The notes beneath the pieces are model-generated. The model saw nothing but the letters and a program-made list of their open reading frames with translations, searched no databases and had not been told where the DNA came from. A stretch of DNA of 64,000 nucleotides from Acidimicrobiia bacterium. Its GTDB lineage: Bacteria > Actinomycetota > Acidimicrobiia > Acidimicrobiales > JANYDT01. Below, piece after piece: positions 10,638 through 20,340 of the stretch. Numbering within the stretch: position 1 is the stretch's first letter; every line of letters starts with the position of its first letter. The translations under genes and the position numbers were made by a program. The DNA lies in the NCBI GenBank assembly GCA_025359845.1, contig JANYDT010000052.1, forward strand, positions 8,325 to 72,324, read 5' to 3'.

Positions 10638-11393
10638 ATGAGTTTGGTCGGACGCGTGGCCCTCATCACCGGATCGGCGCGCGGCATCGGCGCCGCCATC
10701 GCCGACCGACTAGCGGCCGACGGGGCCAAGGTGGCCGTGGCCGACCTCAGCGAGGCCGAGGCTCGAACCACCGCGGTGAACATCGGCGGTCGTCGGGGCG
10801 TCGCCTCGATCGGACTGAGTGTCGATGTGTCGTCGAGCGCCAGTGTCGGCGCCGCGGTGACCCGCGTGGCGCAGGAACTCGGACCCATCGACATTCTCGT
10901 CAACAACGCCGGTATCGATGTGATCAAGCCCTTCATCGACTCGACGGAGGAGGAGTGGGACGCGATCATCGCCGTCAACTTGAAGGGGCCGTTCATCTGT
11001 ACCCGGGCCGTGCTCGACTCGATGATCGAACGCAAGCAGGGCCGCATCATCAACATTGCGTCGGACGCGGGTCGAGTCGGATCCTCCGGGGAGGCGGTGT
11101 ACTCGGCCACCAAGGGGGGCGTAATCGCGTTCACCAAGACCATTGCGCGCGAAGTTGCCCGGTTCGGGATCACGGTCAACTGCGCCTGCCCCGGTCCGAC
11201 CGAAACCGCCTTGCTCGGCCAACTGGCGGCCTACAGCCAGAAACTGTACGACGGCCTGGCCCGTGCGATCCCCCTCGGACGGACCGGGCAGCCCGAAGAC
11301 ATCGCTCACGCCATCGCCTTCCTCGCCAGTGACGGCGCCGGCTACATCACCGGCCAAACCCTCTCGGTGAGCGGCGGACTTACCATGGCCTGA
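10638..11393 (+). CDS. SDR family oxidoreductase (FabG-like 3-oxoacyl reductase type)
   Basis: ALITGSARGIGAAIA, NNAG, YSATKGG. An aaggag RBS lies 6 nt upstream of the ATG at 10638. Confidence 0.9.
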   Translation: MSLVGRVALITGSARGIGAAIADRLAADGAKVAVADLSEAEARTTAVNIGGRRGVASIGLSVDVSSSASVGAAVTRVAQELGPIDILVNNAGIDVIKPFIDSTEEEWDAIIAVNLKGPFICTRAVLDSMIERKQGRIINIASDAGRVGSSGEAVYSATKGGVIAFTKTIAREVARFGITVNCACPGPTETALLGQLAAYSQKLYDGLARAIPLGRTGQPEDIAHAIAFLASDGAGYITGQTLSVSGGLTMA

Positions 11394-11510
11394 CTTCGGT
11401 GACCGCGCTTACCGAAGCGCGCCGGCGCGCCCCCTCGGCCGGCCGACTCGTCGGCGGGCGCCTCAATCCGCGATACTGGTGCGACACCATTTCGAACGAG
11501 GAGAACAGCT

Positions 11511-12803
11511 ATGTGGGATTTTGCGACCGACCCCGAATTTCAAACGGAACTCGACTGGATCGACGCCTTCGTGCGAGAGGAGGTCGAGCCTCTCGACTAC
11601 GTGTTCGAGACCCCTTATGACCTCTCCGACAAGGCCATGGTGGCAGCCACCAAGCCACTGATGCAAAGGGTTAAGGATCGGGGCCTCTGGGCTTGTCACC
11701 TCGGCCCTGATCTCGGCGGCCAAGGATTCGGACAGTTGAAGCTCGCTCTGATGAACGAGCTCTTGGGCCGTTCGCACTTCGCGCCCCGGGTGTTCGGCTG
11801 CCAGGCGCCCGACTCGGGCAACGGCGAAATTCTCGCGCACTACGGCACCGACGAGCAGAAGGCGAAGTGGCTTCAGCCCCTACTCAACGGCGAGATTGTC
11901 TCATGTTTCTCGATGACCGAGCCCCAGGGCGGCGCTGACCCGACGCAATTCCGCACCACCGCAATCAAAGATGGCGATGAATGGGTCATCAACGGATACA
12001 AGTGGTTTTCCTCAAATGCGCGGTACGCAACGTTCATGATCGTCCAAGTCGTCACCGACCCCAACGTGAGTGCATATCACGGCCAGTCGATGTTCGTGGT
12101 GCCCGCAAACACGCCCGGCGTGAAGATTCTGCGCAACGTGGCCGTGGGCGAGCCGGACGCTCAAGGCAGCCACGCCCACATTCACTACGACAATGTTCGG
12201 GTGCCGGCCGATCACCTACTGGGTGGGCCTGGTCAGGGTTTCGCGATCGCCCAGACCCGACTTGGCGGCGGCCGCATCCATCACGCCATGCGCACCGTGG
12301 CGCAAGTCCGCAAGGCCTTCGACATGATGTGCGAGCGGGCGCTTTCTCGCACCACGAAGGGCGAGCTGCTCGGGGCCAAGCAGATGACGCAGGAGAAGGT
12401 GGCCGATTCGTGGGTCCAAATTGAGATGTTCCGACTGCTCGTGTTGCGTACAGCATGGAAGATCGACAAAGAGAAGGACTACATGAAAGTGCGCAAAGAT
12501 ATTGCCGCCGTCAAAGTGGCAATGCCCGACGTTTATCACGATGTGGTTCGCCGGGCCATGCAGCTTCATGGTTCTATGGGTGTCTCCAATGATCTACCTT
12601 TTGCCGGAATGATGCTCGGGGCTATGAGCCTGGGACTGGCTGACGGTCCTTCTGAAGTACACAAGATAACCATTGCCCGTCAGGTGCTGCGGGAGTACAA
12701 GGCCGGCGACGAGATCTTTCCGAGTGGGCATATTCCGACCCTGCGCGACCGAGCCCTCGTGAAGCTGGCCGAGTTCATCGACCACGACATGGCCGAGGTG
12801 TAA
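11511..12803 (+). CDS. Acyl-CoA dehydrogenase family protein
   Basis: 430-aa ORF with a gaggag RBS. ACAD-type motifs present: CFSMTEPQGGADP, WVINGYKWFSSN, GGGRIHHAMR. Confidence 0.9.
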   Translation: MWDFATDPEFQTELDWIDAFVREEVEPLDYVFETPYDLSDKAMVAATKPLMQRVKDRGLWACHLGPDLGGQGFGQLKLALMNELLGRSHFAPRVFGCQAPDSGNGEILAHYGTDEQKAKWLQPLLNGEIVSCFSMTEPQGGADPTQFRTTAIKDGDEWVINGYKWFSSNARYATFMIVQVVTDPNVSAYHGQSMFVVPANTPGVKILRNVAVGEPDAQGSHAHIHYDNVRVPADHLLGGPGQGFAIAQTRLGGGRIHHAMRTVAQVRKAFDMMCERALSRTTKGELLGAKQMTQEKVADSWVQIEMFRLLVLRTAWKIDKEKDYMKVRKDIAAVKVAMPDVYHDVVRRAMQLHGSMGVSNDLPFAGMMLGAMSLGLADGPSEVHKITIARQVLREYKAGDEIFPSGHIPTLRDRALVKLAEFIDHDMAEV

Positions 12804-12814
12804 GACCGTTCGAA

Positions 12815-12850
12815 GGGGTGGGTGAGCCGGCTTCTCACTCACCCCGTTCT
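12815..12850 (+). terminator. Stem-loop after the ACAD gene (12-bp stem, one G-U pair, 7-nt loop)
   Basis: The stem is ggggtgggtgag / ccggctt / ctcactcacccc, followed by gttct, 12 nt after the stop. The U-tract is weak. Confidence 0.45.
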
Positions 12851-12973
12851 AGCGGTACGCTCCCGATTGGTCTCCCGCCTGACGCCGAGCGATACTCCAG
12901 TCAATCACTTTGTCCAGTTTCCTGCATCGTAAAGTCAGCTGCCCAATCAACGCCCATCTGGGCAGGAGTTCAC

Positions 12974-13837
12974 GTGAAGCCCGCGCCATTTCGCTACCAC
13001 GCACCCGAGTCACTTGAAAACGCCGTCGCTCTGTTGGCCGAACACGGCGACGAAGCCAAACCCCTCGCCGGCGGTCAAAGCCTCGTGCCCATGCTCTCGC
13101 TACGACTGGCCAGCTTCGAACACCTCGTCGACCTGAATGGGGTGGCGTCGTTGTCGAGCATTGCCCGCACCAACGGTTCCCTTCGGATCGGCGCGATGGT
13201 GCGCCAAGCCACGGCCGAACATTCGCCAGAAGTAGCCGGCGCCGTTCCCCTGCTAAGCCGAGCGTTGCCGCTCATCGGCCACTTTCAAATCCGTAACCGG
13301 GGCACGATTGGCGGATCGATTGCGCACGGCGACCCTGCATCGGAACTTCCGGCCGTCGCGCTCGCGCTCAGGGCGACCGTCGAAGCCGAGGGTCCGTCGG
13401 GCACTCGACGCATCGCGTCAGAGGATTTCTTCGTGTCGACGTGGGAGACCGCGCTACGAGACGGCGAAATCCTTGCGGCGGTCGAGTTTCCGGTGTGGAG
13501 CGGCACGTGCGGATTCGCCATCGAAGAAGTCGCTCGCCGGCACGGCGACTTCGCCCTCGTGGGGGTGGCCTGTGGTGTGGAGGTCAACGGCCCGTCGGTG
13601 GTCCGCGCCGGCATTGCGATGTTCGGAGTGGGGCCGACGGCAATACGTGTGGCCGCCGCCGAGCACGCGCTGATAGCCGGCGGAACTGGCGCGGATCTCA
13701 CCGAAATCGGCCGGATTGCGGCCAACGATCTCACCCCGCCCGACGATGTGCACGCGTCGAGCGCCTACCGAAAGCAGGTTGCCGCTGTGGTTGTCCGTCG
13801 AGCTCTTTCCCGTGCGATCGCGGAGGCCACCAAGTGA
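12974..13837 (+). CDS. Xanthine dehydrogenase/CoxM-family FAD-binding subunit
   Basis: VKPAPFRYHAPESLENAVALL..AKPLAGGQSLVPML...RNRGTIGGSIAHGDPASELP. I chose the GTG at 12974 over the listed upstream start. Confidence 0.85.
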   Translation: MKPAPFRYHAPESLENAVALLAEHGDEAKPLAGGQSLVPMLSLRLASFEHLVDLNGVASLSSIARTNGSLRIGAMVRQATAEHSPEVAGAVPLLSRALPLIGHFQIRNRGTIGGSIAHGDPASELPAVALALRATVEAEGPSGTRRIASEDFFVSTWETALRDGEILAAVEFPVWSGTCGFAIEEVARRHGDFALVGVACGVEVNGPSVVRAGIAMFGVGPTAIRVAAAEHALIAGGTGADLTEIGRIAANDLTPPDDVHASSAYRKQVAAVVVRRALSRAIAEATK

Positions 13838-14337
13838 GCGATGTCACCACGTTGAGTCTGCGGGTGAACGGCCGCGACCAGCGCGTCACCGTCGAGGCCC
13901 GCAAGCTGCTCTCGGATGTACTGCGTGAAGACCTGCACCTCACCGGTACGCACATCGGTTGCGAGCACGGGGCATGCGGGGCATGCACCATTCTCGTCGA
14001 CGGCGCCGCGGTGCGGTCGTGCCTGATGTTCGGTGTCCAGGCCCAAGGGTGCGAGATCACGACCGTCGAGGGTGTCACACCTGGAGATGGGGGCCTTAAC
14101 GCGGTTCAACAGGCCATGCAGGACTGCCACGGGTTGCAGTGCGGGTTCTGCACGCCAGGCATAGTGGTGTCGCTCACGGCGTTCTTGCGCGACAACGCCA
14201 GTCCGTCCGATGACGAGATCCGCGAAGCATTGTCAGGCAACCTCTGTCGCTGCACGGGGTATCAAGGCATCGTCAACGCCGCCCGTCAAGCGGCCGGAAC
14301 CCTCCAGACCGCCGCCCATCAAGGGAGTCACATATGA
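13834..14337 (+). CDS. (2Fe-2S)-binding small subunit (CoxS-like)
   Basis: GCEHGACGACTILVDG and CGFCTPG..CRCTGY. GTGA overlap with the upstream stop. Confidence 0.9.
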   Translation: MSDVTTLSLRVNGRDQRVTVEARKLLSDVLREDLHLTGTHIGCEHGACGACTILVDGAAVRSCLMFGVQAQGCEITTVEGVTPGDGGLNAVQQAMQDCHGLQCGFCTPGIVVSLTAFLRDNASPSDDEIREALSGNLCRCTGYQGIVNAARQAAGTLQTAAHQGSHI

Positions 14338-16694
14338 GTACTGCAGTCACCGCCGCCGGGCGCTACGTGGGCCAGTCCGTCAAGCGCATAGAAGATCCCC
14401 GCTTGTTGTCCGGCCGGGGGCGCTACGTCGACGACGTACAACTCGTGGGCATTCTGCACGTCGCTTTCGTTCGCTCCCCCGTCGCCCGCGGCACGATCAC
14501 CCGCCTCGACGTGACCGCGGCGCGCGCCCTCGAAGGCGTCCACGCCGTTTACACCGCGGATGACCTCAACCCGATGGCGCAACAGATGTGGCATACGTTG
14601 ATGGGCCCGCCCATTGAAATGGGTGGGACCGGCGTCTACCCGCCGTCGCGGCCGTTGGCGCATGGCGATGTGCGCTTCGTCGGCGATCCGATCGTACTGA
14701 TCGTGGCCGAGAGTCGTTACATCGCCGAAGACGCGGCCGACCTCGTCGAGCTCGACATTGATGCGCAGCCGCCCATCCTCGGCCGTGCGAACACCGGCAA
14801 CGACACCACCAACCTCGTGCATCCCGAACTCGGCAGCAACATAGCGGCCACCATGGCGGCCTTCGAGATTCCTCCGCTCGAGGAGGCGTTCGCCAACGCC
14901 GCCCACGTCGTGAAGCGGTCATTCCATCAAGCCCGGGCATCCAACGTGCCCATGGAACCGCGCGGTGTCATCGCCCAGTACGACGCCTTCACCGGCGAAC
15001 TACAGATATGGGCGGCCACGCAGAGCGCCCACGAGGTCAAAGCCTTCGCGTCGCGACTGACAGGCATCTCGGAGAACAAGGTCAGGGCCATCGCCAATGA
15101 CGTGGGTGGCGGGTTCGGCCTCAAGATGATGGTTACGCGTGACGAGGCGGCGTTGTTTCTCGCCGCCGTTAAGTACGGCGACCGGCCACTGAAGTGGATC
15201 GAAGATCGCCGCGAGAATCTCATTTCGGCCTGCCAGGCCCGCGAGGAAGACATCGATCTCGAAATGGCGGTTGACGCCGACGGCCATATTCTCGGTATGA
15301 AGGTCCACTTCTGGGAGGACTGCGGTGCGTTTCCGGCGGGTAGCGGCAGCACCGCGGCAATGGCCATCGGCATCATTCCGGGGCCTTACAAGATTCCGAT
15401 GGTCGGCCCGTCCAGCGATGCCGTGTTCACCAACACCTGCGGTAAGGCTGCGTATCGCGGTCCTTGGATGATGGAGACGGTCGGGCGCGAGCAGATGATG
15501 GATCACGTGGCCCGCGAGATTGGCATGGACCCGATCGAGTTCCGCCGCCGCAACCTCGTGATGGCCACCGACCTGCCTTATACCACCTGCACCACGATGG
15601 TCTATGACAAGATTACCCCCAGCGAGACCATGGAACAGGCGCTGCAAATCCTCGACGTCGACGCCTTCCATCGCGAGCAAACCGAAGCCCGCGCCTCAGG
15701 GCGCCTGCTGGGTATGGGCGTGAGCGTATACGTCGAACCCTCAGCCATCGCATTCGGCATGCTTTCCACCGATGGAGCGACCATCCGGATGGATCAGAGC
15801 GGCAAGGTGGTCGTGGCCGTGAGCACTGGCAGTCATGGGCAGAGTGTCGAAACGACGCTGTGCCAAGTGGTGGCCGAACACTTGGGGTGTGACATCGCCG
15901 ATGTGACCCTCATGCAGGGCGATACTTCGTCGTCTCCGTTGGGTCCTGGAACGGGGGGAAGCCGCACGGCCGTGATCGCCGGCGGCGCCGCTCAGATGGC
16001 GGCGACACGACTGCGCGACAAGCTCATCCAGATAGCCGCCCACACGCTCGAAGCGGCACCCGAAGACCTCGAGGTGAACCGCAGCGTCGTGTCGGTGAGA
16101 GGAACCCCGACCAAAGCCGTCCCGTTCGTCCAATTGGCCGGGATGGCCTACCAGATGCCCGAGATGCTCCCACCGGGCATGGAGCCGGGACTGGAAGCCA
16201 ATGCCCGGTATGCGCCGCCGGCCCCGTTCACGTGGTCGAACGCCTCACACGTGTGCACAGTGGAGGTGGACCCCGAGACAGGGATCGTAAAGATCCTGCG
16301 CTACATCGTGTCGGAGGATTGCGGACGGATGATCAACCCCATGGTCGTCGAAGGCCAGATCGCCGGCGGGGTTGTCCAAGGCATCGGCGGTGTGCTTTTC
16401 GAGCACATGATCTATGACGATATGGGCAACCCTCTGGCCACCACTTTTCTCGACTATCTCCTGCCCAGCGCGCCAGAGATCCCTGATATCGAGTATGGGC
16501 ACATCGAGACTCCAGCCGACAATCTGGCCGGGTTCAAAGGTATGGGTGAAGGCGGTGCCATTGGTGCCCCGCCGGCCGTGGCCAACGCCATCCACGACGC
16601 GTTGGCCCACCTCGGAGTGCATCCGACCTCATTCCCACTCGGGCCCTCGCAGATCCGTGACTTGATCGTCGAGGCGGCCGCCGCCGTTAGGTAG
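14334..16694 (+). CDS. Molybdopterin-binding large subunit of a xanthine dehydrogenase/aldehyde oxidase-family hydroxylase
   Basis: 786-aa ORF with ATGA overlap to the FeS subunit. The active-site loop reads GKAAYRGPW (15447-15467). GFKGMGEGGAIGAPPAV lies near the C-terminus. Confidence 0.9.
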   Translation: MSTAVTAAGRYVGQSVKRIEDPRLLSGRGRYVDDVQLVGILHVAFVRSPVARGTITRLDVTAARALEGVHAVYTADDLNPMAQQMWHTLMGPPIEMGGTGVYPPSRPLAHGDVRFVGDPIVLIVAESRYIAEDAADLVELDIDAQPPILGRANTGNDTTNLVHPELGSNIAATMAAFEIPPLEEAFANAAHVVKRSFHQARASNVPMEPRGVIAQYDAFTGELQIWAATQSAHEVKAFASRLTGISENKVRAIANDVGGGFGLKMMVTRDEAALFLAAVKYGDRPLKWIEDRRENLISACQAREEDIDLEMAVDADGHILGMKVHFWEDCGAFPAGSGSTAAMAIGIIPGPYKIPMVGPSSDAVFTNTCGKAAYRGPWMMETVGREQMMDHVAREIGMDPIEFRRRNLVMATDLPYTTCTTMVYDKITPSETMEQALQILDVDAFHREQTEARASGRLLGMGVSVYVEPSAIAFGMLSTDGATIRMDQSGKVVVAVSTGSHGQSVETTLCQVVAEHLGCDIADVTLMQGDTSSSPLGPGTGGSRTAVIAGGAAQMAATRLRDKLIQIAAHTLEAAPEDLEVNRSVVSVRGTPTKAVPFVQLAGMAYQMPEMLPPGMEPGLEANARYAPPAPFTWSNASHVCTVEVDPETGIVKILRYIVSEDCGRMINPMVVEGQIAGGVVQGIGGVLFEHMIYDDMGNPLATTFLDYLLPSAPEIPDIEYGHIETPADNLAGFKGMGEGGAIGAPPAVANAIHDALAHLGVHPTSFPLGPSQIRDLIVEAAAAVR

Positions 16695-16842
16695 AGGTTT
16701 CGCCCGTTCCCGCCGTCGAGGTCTCGGCCGATCGTTTGCGCACGCACTCGACAGATCGCCAGGAACGCTCCATCACAGTAGGATCGCCGCCACAACGAGC
16801 AACCAACCGCAAATTAACTGCCGCAATTATGAGGAGCGCGAA

Positions 16843-17919
16843 ATGACTTCAGCCGGTTCTCCCATCCTTCCTGGCCGTTTGGGCACACCAACGATGGTGC
16901 TCAACGAAGATCCTCGAGCCGACCCCCGCATGATCGCGGCCCTCGCTCCCCTCGGGATCGGCGGACCGGCCGAAGTGTTGTCCTTCAACCAGGACGCGCC
17001 TCCGGAAGTACTGCTCGAATACTGCGCAACCGCCGAAGAGGGGTTCAGCGGGCTCGGCGGCATGATGTGCGCAAGCTCGCCGGCGGTGACCGGGGTGACA
17101 TCGAGCGCGGAGGTCGTCCGAGGCGTCGACGGCAACGACATCACGTTGTTCGTCCATCGACCGACGAGCGTCACCGGACCGCTTCCGGCCGTCTTGCATA
17201 TTCACGGCGGCGGCATGGTGATTCTCGAAGCCGCAGGCGAGGGATACGTCCGTTGGCGCGACGAGTTGGCCGCGACTGGCATGATCGTCGTCGGTGTGGA
17301 GTTCCGCAACGGCGCAGGAAAACTTGGCCCTCATCCGTTTCCCGCGGGGCTAAACGACTGTGTGTCCGCGCTGCAATGGATCACCGACAACAAAGCCCGA
17401 TTAGGGATCGCGAAAGTGATCGTGTCCGGTGAATCGGGTGGCGGAAACCTCAGCCTAGCCACCACACTAAAGGCAAAGAAGGATGGCCGGATCGATCAGA
17501 TCGATGGGGTCTATGCCCAGTGCCCGTACATCTCCGGAATGTACGGAACGAAGTCGCCCAATCTACCATCCCTCTACGAAAATGACGAGTACTTCCTTGA
17601 CTGCAAACAAATGGCGGTCATGGCGAAGGTCTACGACCCGTCCGGCGAGCACGAAATGAACCCGCTGGCGTGGCCGTATCATGCGACGCCGAACGACCTC
17701 GAAGGGCTCCCCCCGCACGTTGTGTCGGTGAACCAACTCGATCCGCTTCGCGACGAGGGACTCGCCTACTTTCGCAAGCTTCTCGATGCCGGGGTGCAAG
17801 CGGTGAGCCGAACCGTAAATGGAACATGTCACGCCGGCGACTGCATTTTCCGCGACGCTCTGCCCGACGTCTACCTCACCACCATTCGCGACATCAAGAG
17901 CTTCGCCGACTCGCTCTAA
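16843..17919 (+). CDS. Alpha/beta hydrolase (HSL-type esterase/lipase fold)
   Basis: HGGGMV oxyanion motif and GESGGGNL nucleophile elbow. gaggag RBS. Confidence 0.85.
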   Translation: MTSAGSPILPGRLGTPTMVLNEDPRADPRMIAALAPLGIGGPAEVLSFNQDAPPEVLLEYCATAEEGFSGLGGMMCASSPAVTGVTSSAEVVRGVDGNDITLFVHRPTSVTGPLPAVLHIHGGGMVILEAAGEGYVRWRDELAATGMIVVGVEFRNGAGKLGPHPFPAGLNDCVSALQWITDNKARLGIAKVIVSGESGGGNLSLATTLKAKKDGRIDQIDGVYAQCPYISGMYGTKSPNLPSLYENDEYFLDCKQMAVMAKVYDPSGEHEMNPLAWPYHATPNDLEGLPPHVVSVNQLDPLRDEGLAYFRKLLDAGVQAVSRTVNGTCHAGDCIFRDALPDVYLTTIRDIKSFADSL

Positions 17920-17947
17920 GACCCGTCACGGCCCGCAGCCGACCGAA

Positions 17948-18607
17948 CTAGTGCACGGTGGCGACCATCCAGATCATAGCGAAGTGGCTGGCTCCGGCCA
18001 GCACGGTGAAAGCGTGCCAGATCTCGTGGAACCCGAAGACCATCGGGGCCGGGTTCGGGCGATGCAGGAAGAACACGATTGCGCCGATCGTATAAGCCAA
18101 CCCACCCGTCAACATTAACGTAAGACTGGCTGAGGGCAGTCGATGCACCATGACCGGTAAACCGACGATGGCGGCCCACCCGAGCACTAAATACATGATA
18201 TTCGAGATTCGTCGGAACCGATCGACGCCGATTAATTGCAAAGTAATTCCTACCGCAGCGCCGGTCCACAGCACGGCCAGCAATGGAATACCCCAAGCCC
18301 GCGGGAGCGCCAAAAGACACAACGGTGTGTACGTCCCGGCGATGAGCACGTAAATCATTGCGTGGTCGAGGCGACGCATGCGCCGCCGGGCCGTGATGCT
18401 GCGAGCGAGGCGGTGGTAAGCGGCCGAAGTACCGAACACGGCGGCGAGGCTCAACGCGTAAATCGCCACCGAGGTGCGGGCCGCGGCTCGGTGCGATGAC
18501 AAGAGCAGCAAGATTCCGGCTGGGATCGAAACTACGAAGGCCCAAGTGTGGATACGACCGCGCCACGACGGGCGAGGGTTGATAACGAGGTTTCGGCTGT
18601 CAGCCAT
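17948..18607 (-). CDS. Hemolysin III / PAQR family channel protein
   Basis: Multi-TM protein with WRGRIHTWAF...HEIWHAFTVLAGASHF. The ATG at 18607 is preferred. The listed start at 18691 would leave only 27 nt to the divergent gene. Confidence 0.8.
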   Translation of the reverse strand: MADSRNLVINPRPSWRGRIHTWAFVVSIPAGILLLLSSHRAAARTSVAIYALSLAAVFGTSAAYHRLARSITARRRMRRLDHAMIYVLIAGTYTPLCLLALPRAWGIPLLAVLWTGAAVGITLQLIGVDRFRRISNIMYLVLGWAAIVGLPVMVHRLPSASLTLMLTGGLAYTIGAIVFFLHRPNPAPMVFGFHEIWHAFTVLAGASHFAMIWMVATVH

Positions 18608-18718
18608 GCACCAAGGGTACCGGCGGCCGGCAGTTGCGGTGACGAGTGGCCTCTCGCTCCAGGCCACCGGACCGTCACGAATCGACGCCACCGCCTCCGG
18701 CCCGCTAGAGAGAGGGCC

Positions 18719-20275
18719 GTGTCATGGGAACCGGAAATCGAAGAGCTGCATCGGCGTCGAGCCATGGCGGCCGAGATGGGCGGGGCCGAACGAGTGGCGC
18801 GCCAACGCGACGCCGGCAAACTCACCATTCGAGATCGCGTTGCGGCCATCTGCGATCCTGGCACTTTCGACGAAGTGGGCTCGGTGTCAGGAGTCGGCCA
18901 GTACGACGAGCAGGGCCGACTGGTCGGCCTGACCCCGGCCAACCTTGTGTGCGGAATCGCCCAGGTGGACGGGCGCGCCTGCGTGATCTCGGGCGACGAC
19001 TTCACCGTCCGCGGCGGGTCGGCCGAGGCCACCATTCCAGCCAAGCGGGATTTCGCCGAACGCATTGCGATAGAGCTACGCCTCCCTCATATTCGGCTGG
19101 TCGACGGCATGGGAGGCGGCGGATCGGTGAAGTCGATCGAGATCAAAGGACGCACGCTCATCCCCGCGCTGCACGGCTGGGAAGCGGTCGTAGAACATCT
19201 CGCCATCGCTCCGTCAGTGGCGTTGGCGCTCGGGTCGGTGGCTGGGATCGGCGCCGCCCGCGTGGCCACGTCGCATTACTCGGTAATCGTGGCCGACACG
19301 GCGCAAATGATGATTGCCGGTCCTGCGCTCGTCGATCAAGCGTCGCTCGGCGATGTGACCAAAGAAGAGCTTGGACACGCCCGCATTCACACCGCCAACG
19401 GCGCGATCGACGACATGGTGGCGAGCGAAGTTGAGGCCTTCGCACGGGCGAAGCGGTTTCTGTCGTATCTACCGCAGAACGTTGATTCCCCTCCGCCACG
19501 GTCGCCCTCGACCGACGATCCGTCGCGCCGCGACCAGCAGCTCATCTCGATAGTCCCTCGTGATGCCCGTCGGGTTTACAAGATGCGCGAGATCATCAAC
19601 TCGATTGTCGACGCGGATTCATTCTTCGAAATAGGCAAAGGATGGGGCCGATCGATAATCACCGGATTTGTCCGGTTCGATGGGTGGCCCGTCGCCATAT
19701 TTGCGGAAGACCCGTACGTGTATGGCGGTGCGTGGACTGCATCGGCGTCACGCAAGGTGACCCGCTTCATCGACCTCGCGTCGATGTTCCATATGCCCCT
19801 TCTTCATCTCGAAGATTGTCCCGGTTTTCTCATCGGCAAGCAGTCCGAAGAGGACGCCACGATCCGCTTCGGATCGACCGCTCTCGCCGCGCTCGGGCAG
19901 TCTCGAAGCCCGTTCTGTTGCGTGGTTGTGCGCAAGGCCTTCGGAGTGGCCGGCGCGGCCAATCAAAAGCCGGGCTCGGTCCATTTTCGCTACGCCTGGC
20001 CCTCGGCTGACTGGGGATCGCTCCCGATCGAAGGCGGCCTGGAGGTCGCCTACCGAGCTGAGCTGTCGCCGTTCGAAGGTGACGCGCTGAAGGCCGAGAT
20101 CGAAGTGATCCGGGGGCGGCTGAATGGCTTTCGCAGCCCATTCCGGTCGGCTGAAGTGTTCGAGATCGAAGAGGTGATCGACCCGCGTGACACCCGGGCG
20201 GTCATGTGCCGTTGGGCCAACCTCGTCGCCCCCGTCCGGCCCGTCGGCCCAACCTCGTGGACCTACCGGCCCTAA
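18719..20275 (+). CDS. Acyl-CoA carboxylase carboxyltransferase (beta) subunit
   Basis: VSWEPEIEELHRRRAMAAEMGGAERVARQRDAGKLTIRDR, then GGSAEATIPAK and RKAFGVAGAA. A GTG start at 18719 is inferred. Confidence 0.85.
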   Translation: MSWEPEIEELHRRRAMAAEMGGAERVARQRDAGKLTIRDRVAAICDPGTFDEVGSVSGVGQYDEQGRLVGLTPANLVCGIAQVDGRACVISGDDFTVRGGSAEATIPAKRDFAERIAIELRLPHIRLVDGMGGGGSVKSIEIKGRTLIPALHGWEAVVEHLAIAPSVALALGSVAGIGAARVATSHYSVIVADTAQMMIAGPALVDQASLGDVTKEELGHARIHTANGAIDDMVASEVEAFARAKRFLSYLPQNVDSPPPRSPSTDDPSRRDQQLISIVPRDARRVYKMREIINSIVDADSFFEIGKGWGRSIITGFVRFDGWPVAIFAEDPYVYGGAWTASASRKVTRFIDLASMFHMPLLHLEDCPGFLIGKQSEEDATIRFGSTALAALGQSRSPFCCVVVRKAFGVAGAANQKPGSVHFRYAWPSADWGSLPIEGGLEVAYRAELSPFEGDALKAEIEVIRGRLNGFRSPFRSAEVFEIEEVIDPRDTRAVMCRWANLVAPVRPVGPTSWTYRP

Positions 20276-20340
20276 AGCTAGGTTGCCTCGGCCAACCTCG
20301 TTGCGTGGCATTTGGAGCCGGCGCATGGCAGGCTTCGGCG

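Noticed and set aside
12974-16694. Aerobic carbon monoxide dehydrogenase (coxMSL) call
   Set aside because: The large-subunit loop is AAYRGPW, not the form I VAYRCSFR signature. I kept it as a generic Mo-hydroxylase.
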